From assembly GCA_007117755.1 (NCBI GenBank), contig SKFY01000039.1:1-39683 (forward strand): DNA of 39,683 nt, in the 5' to 3' direction. Position numbers and translations under genes: made by a program. This DNA comes from Candidatus Woesearchaeota archaeon. GTDB taxonomy: Archaea; Nanobdellota; Nanobdellia; Woesearchaeales; 21-14-0-10-32-9. This document shows, in pieces, positions 26,151 through 34,534 of the stretch (position 1 is its first letter; every line of letters begins with the position of its first letter). The notes beneath the pieces were generated by a model. That model had not been told where the DNA came from, searched no databases, and saw only the letters and a list, made by a program, of their open reading frames with translations.

Positions 26151-27317
26151 ATGAACAAAAAAGGTCAAGATTCAACAGGTGCCGCAAGCATAATTTTTGT
26201 AATTACAGCCATATTAGTTCTTTATATTCTTTTAATACCTTCTGACGCTAGAGATTCTTTATTAGACGATAATCTTATTAGTAACGGAAATGATAATGGA
26301 AAAGAGGAAGATAGAGAGTACGTATTGGATGAACACGTGGGGAGATTAGATTATTTGGCTTCTTCAGAGAAGACTTATCCTATAAATTCTTTTATTATGC
26401 AAACTAAAACAGAGGCTAATATTTTAGTATCTAGAAGTGGTTTGAGCGTTATCAAAAGTGTTTTTGAAGATGAAAAAGCACGTGTTGATTTCCAAGCCAA
26501 TCCTGAATTAACAGGGGATTTGACTTTAGCTTTTAACATCGAGAGATCAGGCGGTATTTTAAGTATCACTCTTAATAATAACTTAATATTCAGAGGAGAG
26601 TTGAGTAGTGGTAATTCTCCACATATATTAATTGAGAATAGGCATTTACAAAGACATAACGAGTTAGTTTTTGAAGTTTCTAGTCCAGGATTCGTGTTTT
26701 GGAGAGTTAACCGTTATGATTTAACAAATATTAATGTAGTGGGAGACGTAACGGACGATAGTATGAGTAAGAGTAGTCAGAGTATTAATATTAGAAGTGC
26801 TGATTATGATTTATTTGATACTGCAAGACTTAGATTTTTACCAGTTTGTGATGATTCAGTTAGTGGTTTGAGTATTAGCATAAATAATAGAGAAGTTTTT
26901 AGAGGAAGCCCTGATTGTAATGTTTTTAACCATATAGAGTTTAGTAAAGATATTGTTTACCCAGGTGTTAACTTTTTAGATTTTAAAATTAGCAGAGGTC
27001 ATATTTTAATGGATCGTGTGGAGATTATAAGCAGTCTTGACGCTCCCGAACCTCCTGTTTATTATTTTGAAATTGACGAAGAAGAGTATTTTAGTAATGG
27101 AGAGTTGAACAAGTACGTTATTGCAGGTATAGAGTTTACAAATCCTGATAGGAAAAGATTAGAATTATTTGTGAATGGCAGGATAATAGGTATTACTACA
27201 ACAGATGTTAAAGTTGAAAGAGATATTTCTGAATTTGTAGAGCCAGGAATGAATTCTATAGAGATTAGACCTAGACAAGATCTTGATATTTCTAGTTTGA
27301 AAGTTTGGTTAGAATAA
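26151..27317 (+). CDS. Secreted protein with a class III (prepilin-like) signal and three internal beta-rich repeats
   Basis: MNKKGQ followed by a hydrophobic helix; repeats LSITLNNNLIFRG..NELVF / LSISINNREVFRG..GVNFLDF / LELFVNGRII..GMNSIEI. Confidence 0.65.
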   Translation: MNKKGQDSTGAASIIFVITAILVLYILLIPSDARDSLLDDNLISNGNDNGKEEDREYVLDEHVGRLDYLASSEKTYPINSFIMQTKTEANILVSRSGLSVIKSVFEDEKARVDFQANPELTGDLTLAFNIERSGGILSITLNNNLIFRGELSSGNSPHILIENRHLQRHNELVFEVSSPGFVFWRVNRYDLTNINVVGDVTDDSMSKSSQSINIRSADYDLFDTARLRFLPVCDDSVSGLSISINNREVFRGSPDCNVFNHIEFSKDIVYPGVNFLDFKISRGHILMDRVEIISSLDAPEPPVYYFEIDEEEYFSNGELNKYVIAGIEFTNPDRKRLELFVNGRIIGITTTDVKVERDISEFVEPGMNSIEIRPRQDLDISSLKVWLE

Positions 27318-27378
27318 CTAAAAAAAAAGAGTGTTATTTTAAAAAAATTAATAAAGACTTGATTCGTATGTTTAATTT

Positions 27379-28851
27379 ATGGCTTCAGAAAGTAGTGCGA
27401 GTAACGGCTTCACATTATTATTTATAGTAGCTATAGTGATTCATTTAATAGATATATTCTTGTTTAATTTCGGGACTAGCACAGGCATACTTTTTGCGAG
27501 AGCAACTATTTATTTAGTGGCTTTATCTTTGCCTTTTTATTTATCCATAGAAGGAGAAGCAGAACATAAACTAAAAGCTTCTTTGATACCAACAGGTATA
27601 GTTGTTTTGTTTTTCCCTATTTTTTTATGGATTATTAATTTAGCACCCGTTGATCATACTGTGCAAGAAACATTACATTTTTTAATGTTTATAATACCTA
27701 TTTGGCCTATTTATTTAGCTTTAAATTCGGGTTCGGGAGCTTTACAAACTTTGTTAAAAGCATATATATTCTTATTAGTTGCTGGAGCAATAGTAGTAAT
27801 TATAGGCTTATACGGTAGTGAAATTCCACAAACACCTGGATTAGATATTGGAAGAGTTGATTTTGAAAGAGCATGGACTGGTTTTAGAGAAGTTGTTATT
27901 GACAATACTTTTCAAGGAATAAGTAGTATAATAAGTGGTGCTAGAACCGAGATTGATACCAGGATTAACGAAAGTTTAGGTAGAGGTTATCAAGGAGATG
28001 TGGAAAGAGTTAGTTCTGATACTGGAATAACTATACAAAGACCTAATATTAGGAGTAGTTATAGCGAAGATGATATTATAAGAATATCAATTCCTGTCAG
28101 GGTTAGAACTTTCAAAGATAATGATACCGATATTGCTTTTGAGTGTAGCGCTACTAGTGGAAGAACAAGGGTTTTGGGTAACGTAACACCTAACATTGAA
28201 ACTTTTAGAGGTTTTGATACTAGAACAGTTTTTTGTGAATTCGAAAATCTTAGTAGGGGAACTTATCGTTTTGAGTTCACCGCTAATTTTGAATTTGAAA
28301 CGTGGGGTTATACCGAGCTTTATTTTGTAAGTGCCACGACTATAGAACAGTTATTCGAAGGAGGGGAAAGAATAGATGCTAGAGCCTTCGGTATTCCCAG
28401 GATGCCTAGAACAACATACACTACAGGCCCTGTGTTTTTAGGAACAAATAATAGTCAGGAAATGCCTTTAGAAGTTCATAGTGATAGAGACACTTATATT
28501 TATTTAGACTGGGGTGTTGAGAACGCTAATAGGCTATACGGAGATATTAACAGGATTAATCATTTTGAAGTGAGTTTACCTAGTGTTTTTAATTTGGATA
28601 GTGATAGGTGTAATTTACCTATTAGTAGCAGTGAAAGCGACACATCCGTTTCAGATTTATACACTTTACACAGATTTGAATATGACGGCACCGGGAGGAT
28701 TCTTAGTTTGGGTTGTGAAGTCACAATCCCTGTTAGTCAAAGAGGCGTTATTGTTAGTGATACTATAGGGAGTCTTACTGAAGTTACTGTTTTGTCAAAG
28801 GTTAATTATGATTATAGCTTAAGAGCTTTGGATACTATTAGGGTGACGTGA
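27379..28851 (+). CDS. Multi-pass membrane protein with an extracellular beta-sandwich region, divergent paralog of the three downstream lipoproteins
   Basis: About 5 hydrophobic N-terminal segments; ANFEFET, TTGPV.LG, VEN....G and V.YDY echo the downstream motifs. Confidence 0.6.
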   Translation: MASESSASNGFTLLFIVAIVIHLIDIFLFNFGTSTGILFARATIYLVALSLPFYLSIEGEAEHKLKASLIPTGIVVLFFPIFLWIINLAPVDHTVQETLHFLMFIIPIWPIYLALNSGSGALQTLLKAYIFLLVAGAIVVIIGLYGSEIPQTPGLDIGRVDFERAWTGFREVVIDNTFQGISSIISGARTEIDTRINESLGRGYQGDVERVSSDTGITIQRPNIRSSYSEDDIIRISIPVRVRTFKDNDTDIAFECSATSGRTRVLGNVTPNIETFRGFDTRTVFCEFENLSRGTYRFEFTANFEFETWGYTELYFVSATTIEQLFEGGERIDARAFGIPRMPRTTYTTGPVFLGTNNSQEMPLEVHSDRDTYIYLDWGVENANRLYGDINRINHFEVSLPSVFNLDSDRCNLPISSSESDTSVSDLYTLHRFEYDGTGRILSLGCEVTIPVSQRGVIVSDTIGSLTEVTVLSKVNYDYSLRALDTIRVT

Positions 28852-28854
28852 TAA

Positions 28855-29889
28855 ATGAAGAAGATAATACTTATGATTATGATACTAGGATTTTTAGTAA
28901 TCGCTGGTTGCGAACCTAGTCATCAAACTAGTCAATACGTAGGTACTAGAGGTGTGGATTTTGATTTTAGTACTAATATGCCACCTGACCAAGTTTATGT
29001 TAACGACGTTGTTTATTTCGGATTTGATGTTTTTAACAGAGGAGCACATGGCTTAGTAGGAGGTAAACAAGGTGTTTTAACTCTTGATTATAACCCTCTC
29101 TATTTCGAAATAGAAGGTACTCAACCAGATATTTTTTCTTTAACCGATCAGTCTAATAGATTATACACGACTTTTAACGTTGATGGGAGAAGAACGAGTT
29201 ACACACAAGGAGAAAAAACAGTGGTTAATCTTGGTTTGTTAAGAGCACAACTTCCAGGAACTAGAGAATCAGTGAATACTGCTTTGAACGCGAACATATG
29301 TTATCCTTATCGTACTTTCTTATCAGATGTTGTGTGTATAGACACTAATGTTTTTGAAGACGTCACAGATCCTTTGTGTAGAAGCACTCCCAAGACGTAT
29401 ACAGGGGGGCAAGGAGCTCCTATAAGTGTTTCTAGAGTTAATCCTTTAATGATGCCTATACGTGTAATTGAAGATGAAACCGAAACCACAGTTAGTATTG
29501 TTGATGAACACGGCCAATTCTGGGGTGTCGAGTCAGAAGTGGTTAGTACTAGACATGTTGTGTTAAAGCCTGTTTTTGAAATCCATATAAGGAACGTGGG
29601 CGGAGGAACTCCTTTTTATTCAGACGATAGAACAATTTTAGATGCTTGTCTTCGTAGTGATGAAACACGTCAGTTAAACAAGGTTTATGTAGAAGCTGAC
29701 TTGCAAGGTTTAGAACTTGATTGCACTCCTAGAATTGTTGATTTAAAAGATGGTATTACTCGTTGTGAAGTGAGAGATGATGATTTATCCGCTACTAGCA
29801 GTAGTTATAACGCTGTTTTAAATGTTGAATTAGAGTATTATTATGTGGATAGTCAAAGTAAAAGTGTATCTATTAGAAGATTAAGATAA
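28855..29889 (+). CDS. Predicted lipoprotein, paralog 1
   Basis: Lipobox VIAGC; GTRGV..PP, NRGA, ICYPYRT..VCID, QGAPISV, IRNVGGG, LEYYY. Confidence 0.7.
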   Translation: MKKIILMIMILGFLVIAGCEPSHQTSQYVGTRGVDFDFSTNMPPDQVYVNDVVYFGFDVFNRGAHGLVGGKQGVLTLDYNPLYFEIEGTQPDIFSLTDQSNRLYTTFNVDGRRTSYTQGEKTVVNLGLLRAQLPGTRESVNTALNANICYPYRTFLSDVVCIDTNVFEDVTDPLCRSTPKTYTGGQGAPISVSRVNPLMMPIRVIEDETETTVSIVDEHGQFWGVESEVVSTRHVVLKPVFEIHIRNVGGGTPFYSDDRTILDACLRSDETRQLNKVYVEADLQGLELDCTPRIVDLKDGITRCEVRDDDLSATSSSYNAVLNVELEYYYVDSQSKSVSIRRLR

Positions 29890-29924
29890 CTCACTAAATA
29901 AGTTTTTTTTAACTCGTGACTAAT

Positions 29925-29939
29925 AAAAAGCTTTAAATA
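29925..29939 (+). promoter_or_regulatory. BRE/TATA promoter
   Basis: AAAAAGC-TTTAAATA 26 nt before ATG 29966; nearly identical to the 26112 element; a T8 tract lies upstream. Confidence 0.55.
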
Positions 29940-29965
29940 GTGTAGTTGTTAATAACTCTTATATT

Positions 29966-31258
29966 ATGGTTAATAATCGTGTAATCCTAGTGTTTTTACT
30001 GTCTTCAGTACTATTTTTAGCAGGGTGTATGCCCTTTGGCACTGATAAAGCTGCTAGGTGCGCCGATGATTTAGTAAATTGTAATTTTTATACAGGTAGT
30101 GAAGGCGTGGAGTTCAGACTACAAAATCCTCCCAGAACTCTTTATTTCCATTCTTATGACGCCCACCCAACAGACCCCGTGGGTAATAGAGTGGATTTTG
30201 ATATTAGAGTTGCTAACAGAGGAGCTAGTGAGACCTACGGAGCTACTTTTTTAACAGGTTTCGGAAGTAATTTTAGAATAATAAGACCTGACGGTACCGA
30301 AATTAGTAAGAGAGGAGTTCTGGATAGTTGTACATTTAATATAGGTGTGGGTGACGGAAGCATATTTTCAAGTTTCGCAATTAGATGTGAAGGTTTAGAT
30401 TTTCAAAGAAGCGACTGGGGAACTACTTTTAATGCTAGATTCAGCACTTTAAACGATATATTCGGATGGAACTTACCAGATGGACAAATAAGGATATTTG
30501 ATGACGGAGACGGATTAGATTTCACATTAGGACTTGAAGGTATGAGGTTAGATTTATATTATCACGGTAAAATATTATTAGGAATGATTAGTCATATAAA
30601 CTTAGATTATTACGGAGGAGCGGAGTTTTGGTTAAGAGGAGATAATCCTGAATACCCAGGAGGAGAGGAAGATTTCCAGACTTATACTGTTCAAATGTTA
30701 GGTAATTGGCCTGCAGGAACAGATAGGTATACCATGAATTATCAAGTAAAAAGTTGTTATGCTTATACTACTTTTGTAAGTCCTTTAGTTTGTGTAGATC
30801 CCAGTCCTTATTCAGGAGATGATAAGGTTTGTAGAACTAATCAAGCGGTTAATATGGGAACTCAAGGAGCTCCAGTGGCTGTTACTAGAATGGAACAGTA
30901 TAATACAGGAAGAACTTTAGAACTGATATTTACAGTGAGAAACGTCGGCGGAGGACAAGTTTGGGAAATAGGAAGCCTTGAAAGATGCAGTCCTTATTAT
31001 CCTGATACGAGAATAACCAGTGGTCATAAAAACATTATTTATGTAGGATATGCAGAGATTGGAGGAGTAGGTTTGAGATGTGACAGAAGAGAAATAAGAT
31101 TAAATGAGAGAGGAGAAGGTACTTTCCGCTGTACTTATAACTTGGCGGATTCAGACACCTTAGTAGGAAGTGCTTATGAAGCTCCTATTAGGATGGAGCT
31201 TTGGTATGGTTATGAAAAATCAATAACTAGATCTTTAGAAATAATGAGGGCTAGTTAA
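29966..31258 (+). CDS. Predicted lipoprotein, paralog 2 (with a large insertion)
   Basis: Lipobox FLAGC; GSEGV..PP, NRGA, SCYAYTT..VCVD, QGAPVAV, VRNVGGG, LWYGY. Confidence 0.7.
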   Translation: MVNNRVILVFLLSSVLFLAGCMPFGTDKAARCADDLVNCNFYTGSEGVEFRLQNPPRTLYFHSYDAHPTDPVGNRVDFDIRVANRGASETYGATFLTGFGSNFRIIRPDGTEISKRGVLDSCTFNIGVGDGSIFSSFAIRCEGLDFQRSDWGTTFNARFSTLNDIFGWNLPDGQIRIFDDGDGLDFTLGLEGMRLDLYYHGKILLGMISHINLDYYGGAEFWLRGDNPEYPGGEEDFQTYTVQMLGNWPAGTDRYTMNYQVKSCYAYTTFVSPLVCVDPSPYSGDDKVCRTNQAVNMGTQGAPVAVTRMEQYNTGRTLELIFTVRNVGGGQVWEIGSLERCSPYYPDTRITSGHKNIIYVGYAEIGGVGLRCDRREIRLNERGEGTFRCTYNLADSDTLVGSAYEAPIRMELWYGYEKSITRSLEIMRAS

Positions 31259-31272
31259 GGAGGTAAAATAAT

Positions 31273-32232
31273 ATGAAAAGAACAGTATTAATAATGTTAC
31301 TCGTGGCGGTTTTATTAGTTGCGGGTTGTGAAGGAGACAGCGAAACTAGGTTAAGAGCAGATCCTTTTATAGGAGGAACAGAAGGTTTACAAGCTCGTTA
31401 CATAGAAGGTTATCCTCCATCTAGCGTATTAGATGGTGGAGAGGACGAGTTTAGCGTGATTGTAGAGTTAACTAATAAAGGAGAAGCTGAAATTGAACCT
31501 CAAAACGTTAAAGTTACTTTAGGAGGATTCTCAGCAAGACACTTCAACAAAGGCATTGAAGACTTAACAAGGTTTAATTCTGAGCTTATAGAAAAGAATC
31601 AGAAGAATCCTGATGGAAGTATTATAGAATCTTTCCCTTACGAGATAGAATTCGAAGGATTTTCTTACCAAGATAGGATTCAAGGAAATCAAGAATATCC
31701 TTTCAGAGCAGAAATTTGTTACGGTTACCAAACTAATGTTGTTTCAAGTGTTTGTGTAAAGGAAGACTTTAGAAGAGATACTGCCGATAGGGATATATGT
31801 ACTGTTAATAGTAGAAGAACAGTTCATAATAGCGCCGCTCCTGTTCAAGTTACTAACTTACAGCAAACAGCTGCTAGTACAGGCTCTGCAAGAGTCACGT
31901 TTAAAGTTGAAAACGTGGGTAGAGGAGATGTTTATAAGGTTGGTGCTGAAGAAACTTGTAATGTAGATAGTAGAGATATAAACATGGTACATGTTGAAAT
32001 TAGTGGTTTTGAAACCGGTGCTGGTGAAGAAGTCGATTGTAGAGGCTTAAGAGATGGCGATAGTACTAGTGGATTCTTAAATATTGGTGGAGACACAGGT
32101 GGAGAAGTTAGTTGTACTATTTCTTTCGCTGATGGTACCAGATCTGCTAGGATTCAAAACTTCGATATAACTTTAGACTACGACTATAGACAAACTATTA
32201 CTAGAAGTATCGTTGTAGAACACGGTTCTTAA
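31273..32232 (+). CDS. Predicted lipoprotein, paralog 3
   Basis: SD AGGAGGT; lipobox LVAGC; GTEGL..PP, NKGE, ICYGYQT..VCVK, SAAPVQV, VENVGRG, LDYDY. Confidence 0.7.
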   Translation: MKRTVLIMLLVAVLLVAGCEGDSETRLRADPFIGGTEGLQARYIEGYPPSSVLDGGEDEFSVIVELTNKGEAEIEPQNVKVTLGGFSARHFNKGIEDLTRFNSELIEKNQKNPDGSIIESFPYEIEFEGFSYQDRIQGNQEYPFRAEICYGYQTNVVSSVCVKEDFRRDTADRDICTVNSRRTVHNSAAPVQVTNLQQTAASTGSARVTFKVENVGRGDVYKVGAEETCNVDSRDINMVHVEISGFETGAGEEVDCRGLRDGDSTSGFLNIGGDTGGEVSCTISFADGTRSARIQNFDITLDYDYRQTITRSIVVEHGS

Positions 32233-32259
32233 GTGAAATAATTAAGAATCTTTTTTTAT

Positions 32260-33219
32260 TTATTTTTTTGTATTGATTATTACGAATGTTGCGAGTAAGC
32301 TTTCTAATTGTATGTATTCATCGCTTCCTTCTACTAGTTTGAATTCTACTTCTCCGCATTCTCTTATCATCCTCATTTTTTTAGGATTGTCTATTTCTAA
32401 GGACCATATTTCTTTTTGTAGTTGTTTTATGACGTCGCTTCCTGAAAGTCCTTGTTTTAGCATTACGTCTAGTAGTGATTTTTTTGCTTGTTCAAAGTTT
32501 TCTTTTAGACAGTGTTGTAATAATTCTTTTATTTCTCTTGGTTCTGCATAGCTTGATATTTCGTATATCGTGCTTTCTTCTATGTTATTGGTTACTGCGT
32601 GGGCGCTTTGCATTATGTTTTCTAGTTTCCTTACATCTCCGTTACTTACTTGGTAAAGTGCTTTTTTTGCGTCGTTTGTTAATGTTATGGATTCTTTTTT
32701 AGCTATGTTATCTATTATATTGTTAATTTCTTCTTCGTTTAAGGGTTTGAATCTGAAAAGTGTGCATCTGCTTTGTATAGGGTCTATTATCTTGCTGCTG
32801 TAGTTGCAGCTTAGTATGAAGCGACATGTTTGTGTGTAGTTTTCCATTGTTCTTCTTAGTGCTTGTTGTGCTTCTTTAGTTAGTGCGTCGCTTTCGTCTA
32901 AGTAGATTATTTTGAATGGTGCGTTTCCCAGGCTTTTTGTCCTGGCGAAGTCTTTTACTTTTTGTCTTACTACGTCTATTCCTCTTTCATCACTCGCGTT
33001 TAATTCCAAGAAGTTTTCTTTCCATTCTTCTCCGTATAGTTCTTTTACTATTACTAGTGATAAAGTGGTTTTTCCTACGCCTGGTGGTCCTGAGAATAGT
33101 AAGTGTGGTAAGTTTTTTTTGTCTACGAATGCTTTTACTCTTTTTACTATGTCGTCTTGTCCTTTTACTTCTGAGAATTTTTGTGGTCTGTATTTTTCTG
33201 TCCAGATGTTTGACTCCAT
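32260..33219 (-). CDS. rfcS: Replication factor C small subunit (no intein)
   Basis: WTEKYRP, PHLLFSGPPGVGKT, ELNASDERGIDVVR, LDESDALT..AQQALRRTME, IQSRC. Confidence 0.97.
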   Translation of the reverse strand: MESNIWTEKYRPQKFSEVKGQDDIVKRVKAFVDKKNLPHLLFSGPPGVGKTTLSLVIVKELYGEEWKENFLELNASDERGIDVVRQKVKDFARTKSLGNAPFKIIYLDESDALTKEAQQALRRTMENYTQTCRFILSCNYSSKIIDPIQSRCTLFRFKPLNEEEINNIIDNIAKKESITLTNDAKKALYQVSNGDVRKLENIMQSAHAVTNNIEESTIYEISSYAEPREIKELLQHCLKENFEQAKKSLLDVMLKQGLSGSDVIKQLQKEIWSLEIDNPKKMRMIRECGEVEFKLVEGSDEYIQLESLLATFVIINTKK

Positions 33220-33291
33220 GTCTTTTCGTTAATGTTGATTTGTTTATATTTGTTTTTATTAACAAATAAAAAAAGTAAAGAAAAAAAATTG

Positions 33292-33717
33292 TTATAAGTC
33301 AATACCTGAATTTGTACTCATATCATATAATTTTTTTGATATATATCTTTTATCTTTTATTTCATCTAAGTTCTCTATATATTTTGAGATTTTATTACGT
33401 GTTACTAAGCTAGTATCCCAAATCTGTTCTCTATAAGCCATATTTACTAACTGAGGAATAAGATCGCGACCGTTACGATAACTATTTAAAAATCCTTGTA
33501 TAACACCTCTTACCATCATTTTCCTAATAGGCAGTTCTACATGATTAAACTTTCCTTCTGCCTTTGAAGGAATGTACAACTCAGTATTTGTAAGTTCTAT
33601 ACCTTTTTTGTATGCTTCTTTTAGCTCGCTGAAAAAAAAATCATCTTTATATTTATGTACTACTTCATTAAGATTTGTTTTAAGTTTATCTTTTAAACAT
33701 AATCCTGGATCAATCAT
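33292..33717 (-). CDS. Hypothetical protein (ORFan-like, about 141 aa)
   Basis: Open frame fills the gap; ATG 33717 (MIDPG) is preceded by GGGAGG; no recognisable motif. Confidence 0.5.
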   Translation of the reverse strand: MIDPGLCLKDKLKTNLNEVVHKYKDDFFFSELKEAYKKGIELTNTELYIPSKAEGKFNHVELPIRKMMVRGVIQGFLNSYRNGRDLIPQLVNMAYREQIWDTSLVTRNKISKYIENLDEIKDKRYISKKLYDMSTNSGIDL

Positions 33718-33888
33718 GCTAATTCCCTCCCAATTTAATATAATTTCAAAGCTTAAACATTTGTTTTTTTTAAGCTTTGATATTTGATAGTGAAACAAAA
33801 AGAGTTTATAAATTTTTACTAATAAATAGTAACGGAATAATTTTTTTTAGTTAAATTTAAATATTATAGTTATTTCTATAGTTTTATT

Positions 33889-34104
33889 ATGGTTACTACA
33901 ATTCAAATCTCGGACAAAACAAAAAATAAGTTGAATATTATTAAATCAAATACTAAAAAGACTTATGACGAAATAGTTTCATCTCTTTTAGAGCATGAAG
34001 AAAAGTTATTGTTAAAAGAGCAAATAAGTAGTTATTATTCTAAGTATGCCGATGAAGATTTAGAAGAAGTTAATGAGTGGAAATATACCGAGGTAAGAGA
34101 TTGA
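33889..34104 (+). CDS. Antitoxin with a ribbon-helix-helix-like N-terminus
   Basis: MVTTIQISDKTKNKL..IK....TYDEIV..LL; acidic tail with EW; overlaps the toxin start. Confidence 0.8.
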   Translation: MVTTIQISDKTKNKLNIIKSNTKKTYDEIVSSLLEHEEKLLLKEQISSYYSKYADEDLEEVNEWKYTEVRD

Positions 34105-34415
34105 AACAAGGAGAAATATACTTGGTTAACTTAGATCCTGTAGTTGGAAGTGAGCAGGCTAAAACAAGACCTTGTGTTATTATATCCACCGATATCGTAA
34201 ATGATTTTTCGAATACTTTAACTATAGCCCCATTATCTTCTAAAATTAGAGACAAGCCTTTTCCTTTTCACATTAAACTAGATAAAAAAGGTTTGATAAA
34301 AGTAGAGCAGCTTAGAACGATTGATAAGAAAAGAATTGTGAAGCGAGTTGGTAATGTAGATTTTGAAACTAAAAATAAAATCAAGAAAGCTTTAGCGCTT
34401 TATTTTGATTTATAA
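34101..34415 (+). CDS. MazF/PemK-family endoribonuclease toxin
   Basis: QGEIYLVNLDPVVGSEQAKTRPCVIIS, APLSS, EQLRTIDKKRI; TTG 34101 overlaps the antitoxin TGA, with GAGGT upstream. Confidence 0.92.
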   Translation: MKQGEIYLVNLDPVVGSEQAKTRPCVIISTDIVNDFSNTLTIAPLSSKIRDKPFPFHIKLDKKGLIKVEQLRTIDKKRIVKRVGNVDFETKNKIKKALALYFDL

Positions 34416-34534
34416 CTAGTCCTTATTTCTTGGATGATTAGAAGTTATATTTTCAAAACACATTTATTTTCCATATTGTAAATAATTATTGTTTCCGAGA
34501 ATTTATAAATAAAAGACACACACCTAAAACCATT

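Noticed and set aside
32273..33269. Several overlapping ORFs in rfcS, including an Arg/Lys-rich and a Leu/Phe-rich one
   Set aside because: They are by-products of the extreme A/C-ending codon bias, which removes stops in other frames
33292..34415. Mobile element around mazEF and the ORFan
   Set aside because: No integrase, transposase, att duplication or terminal repeats were seen
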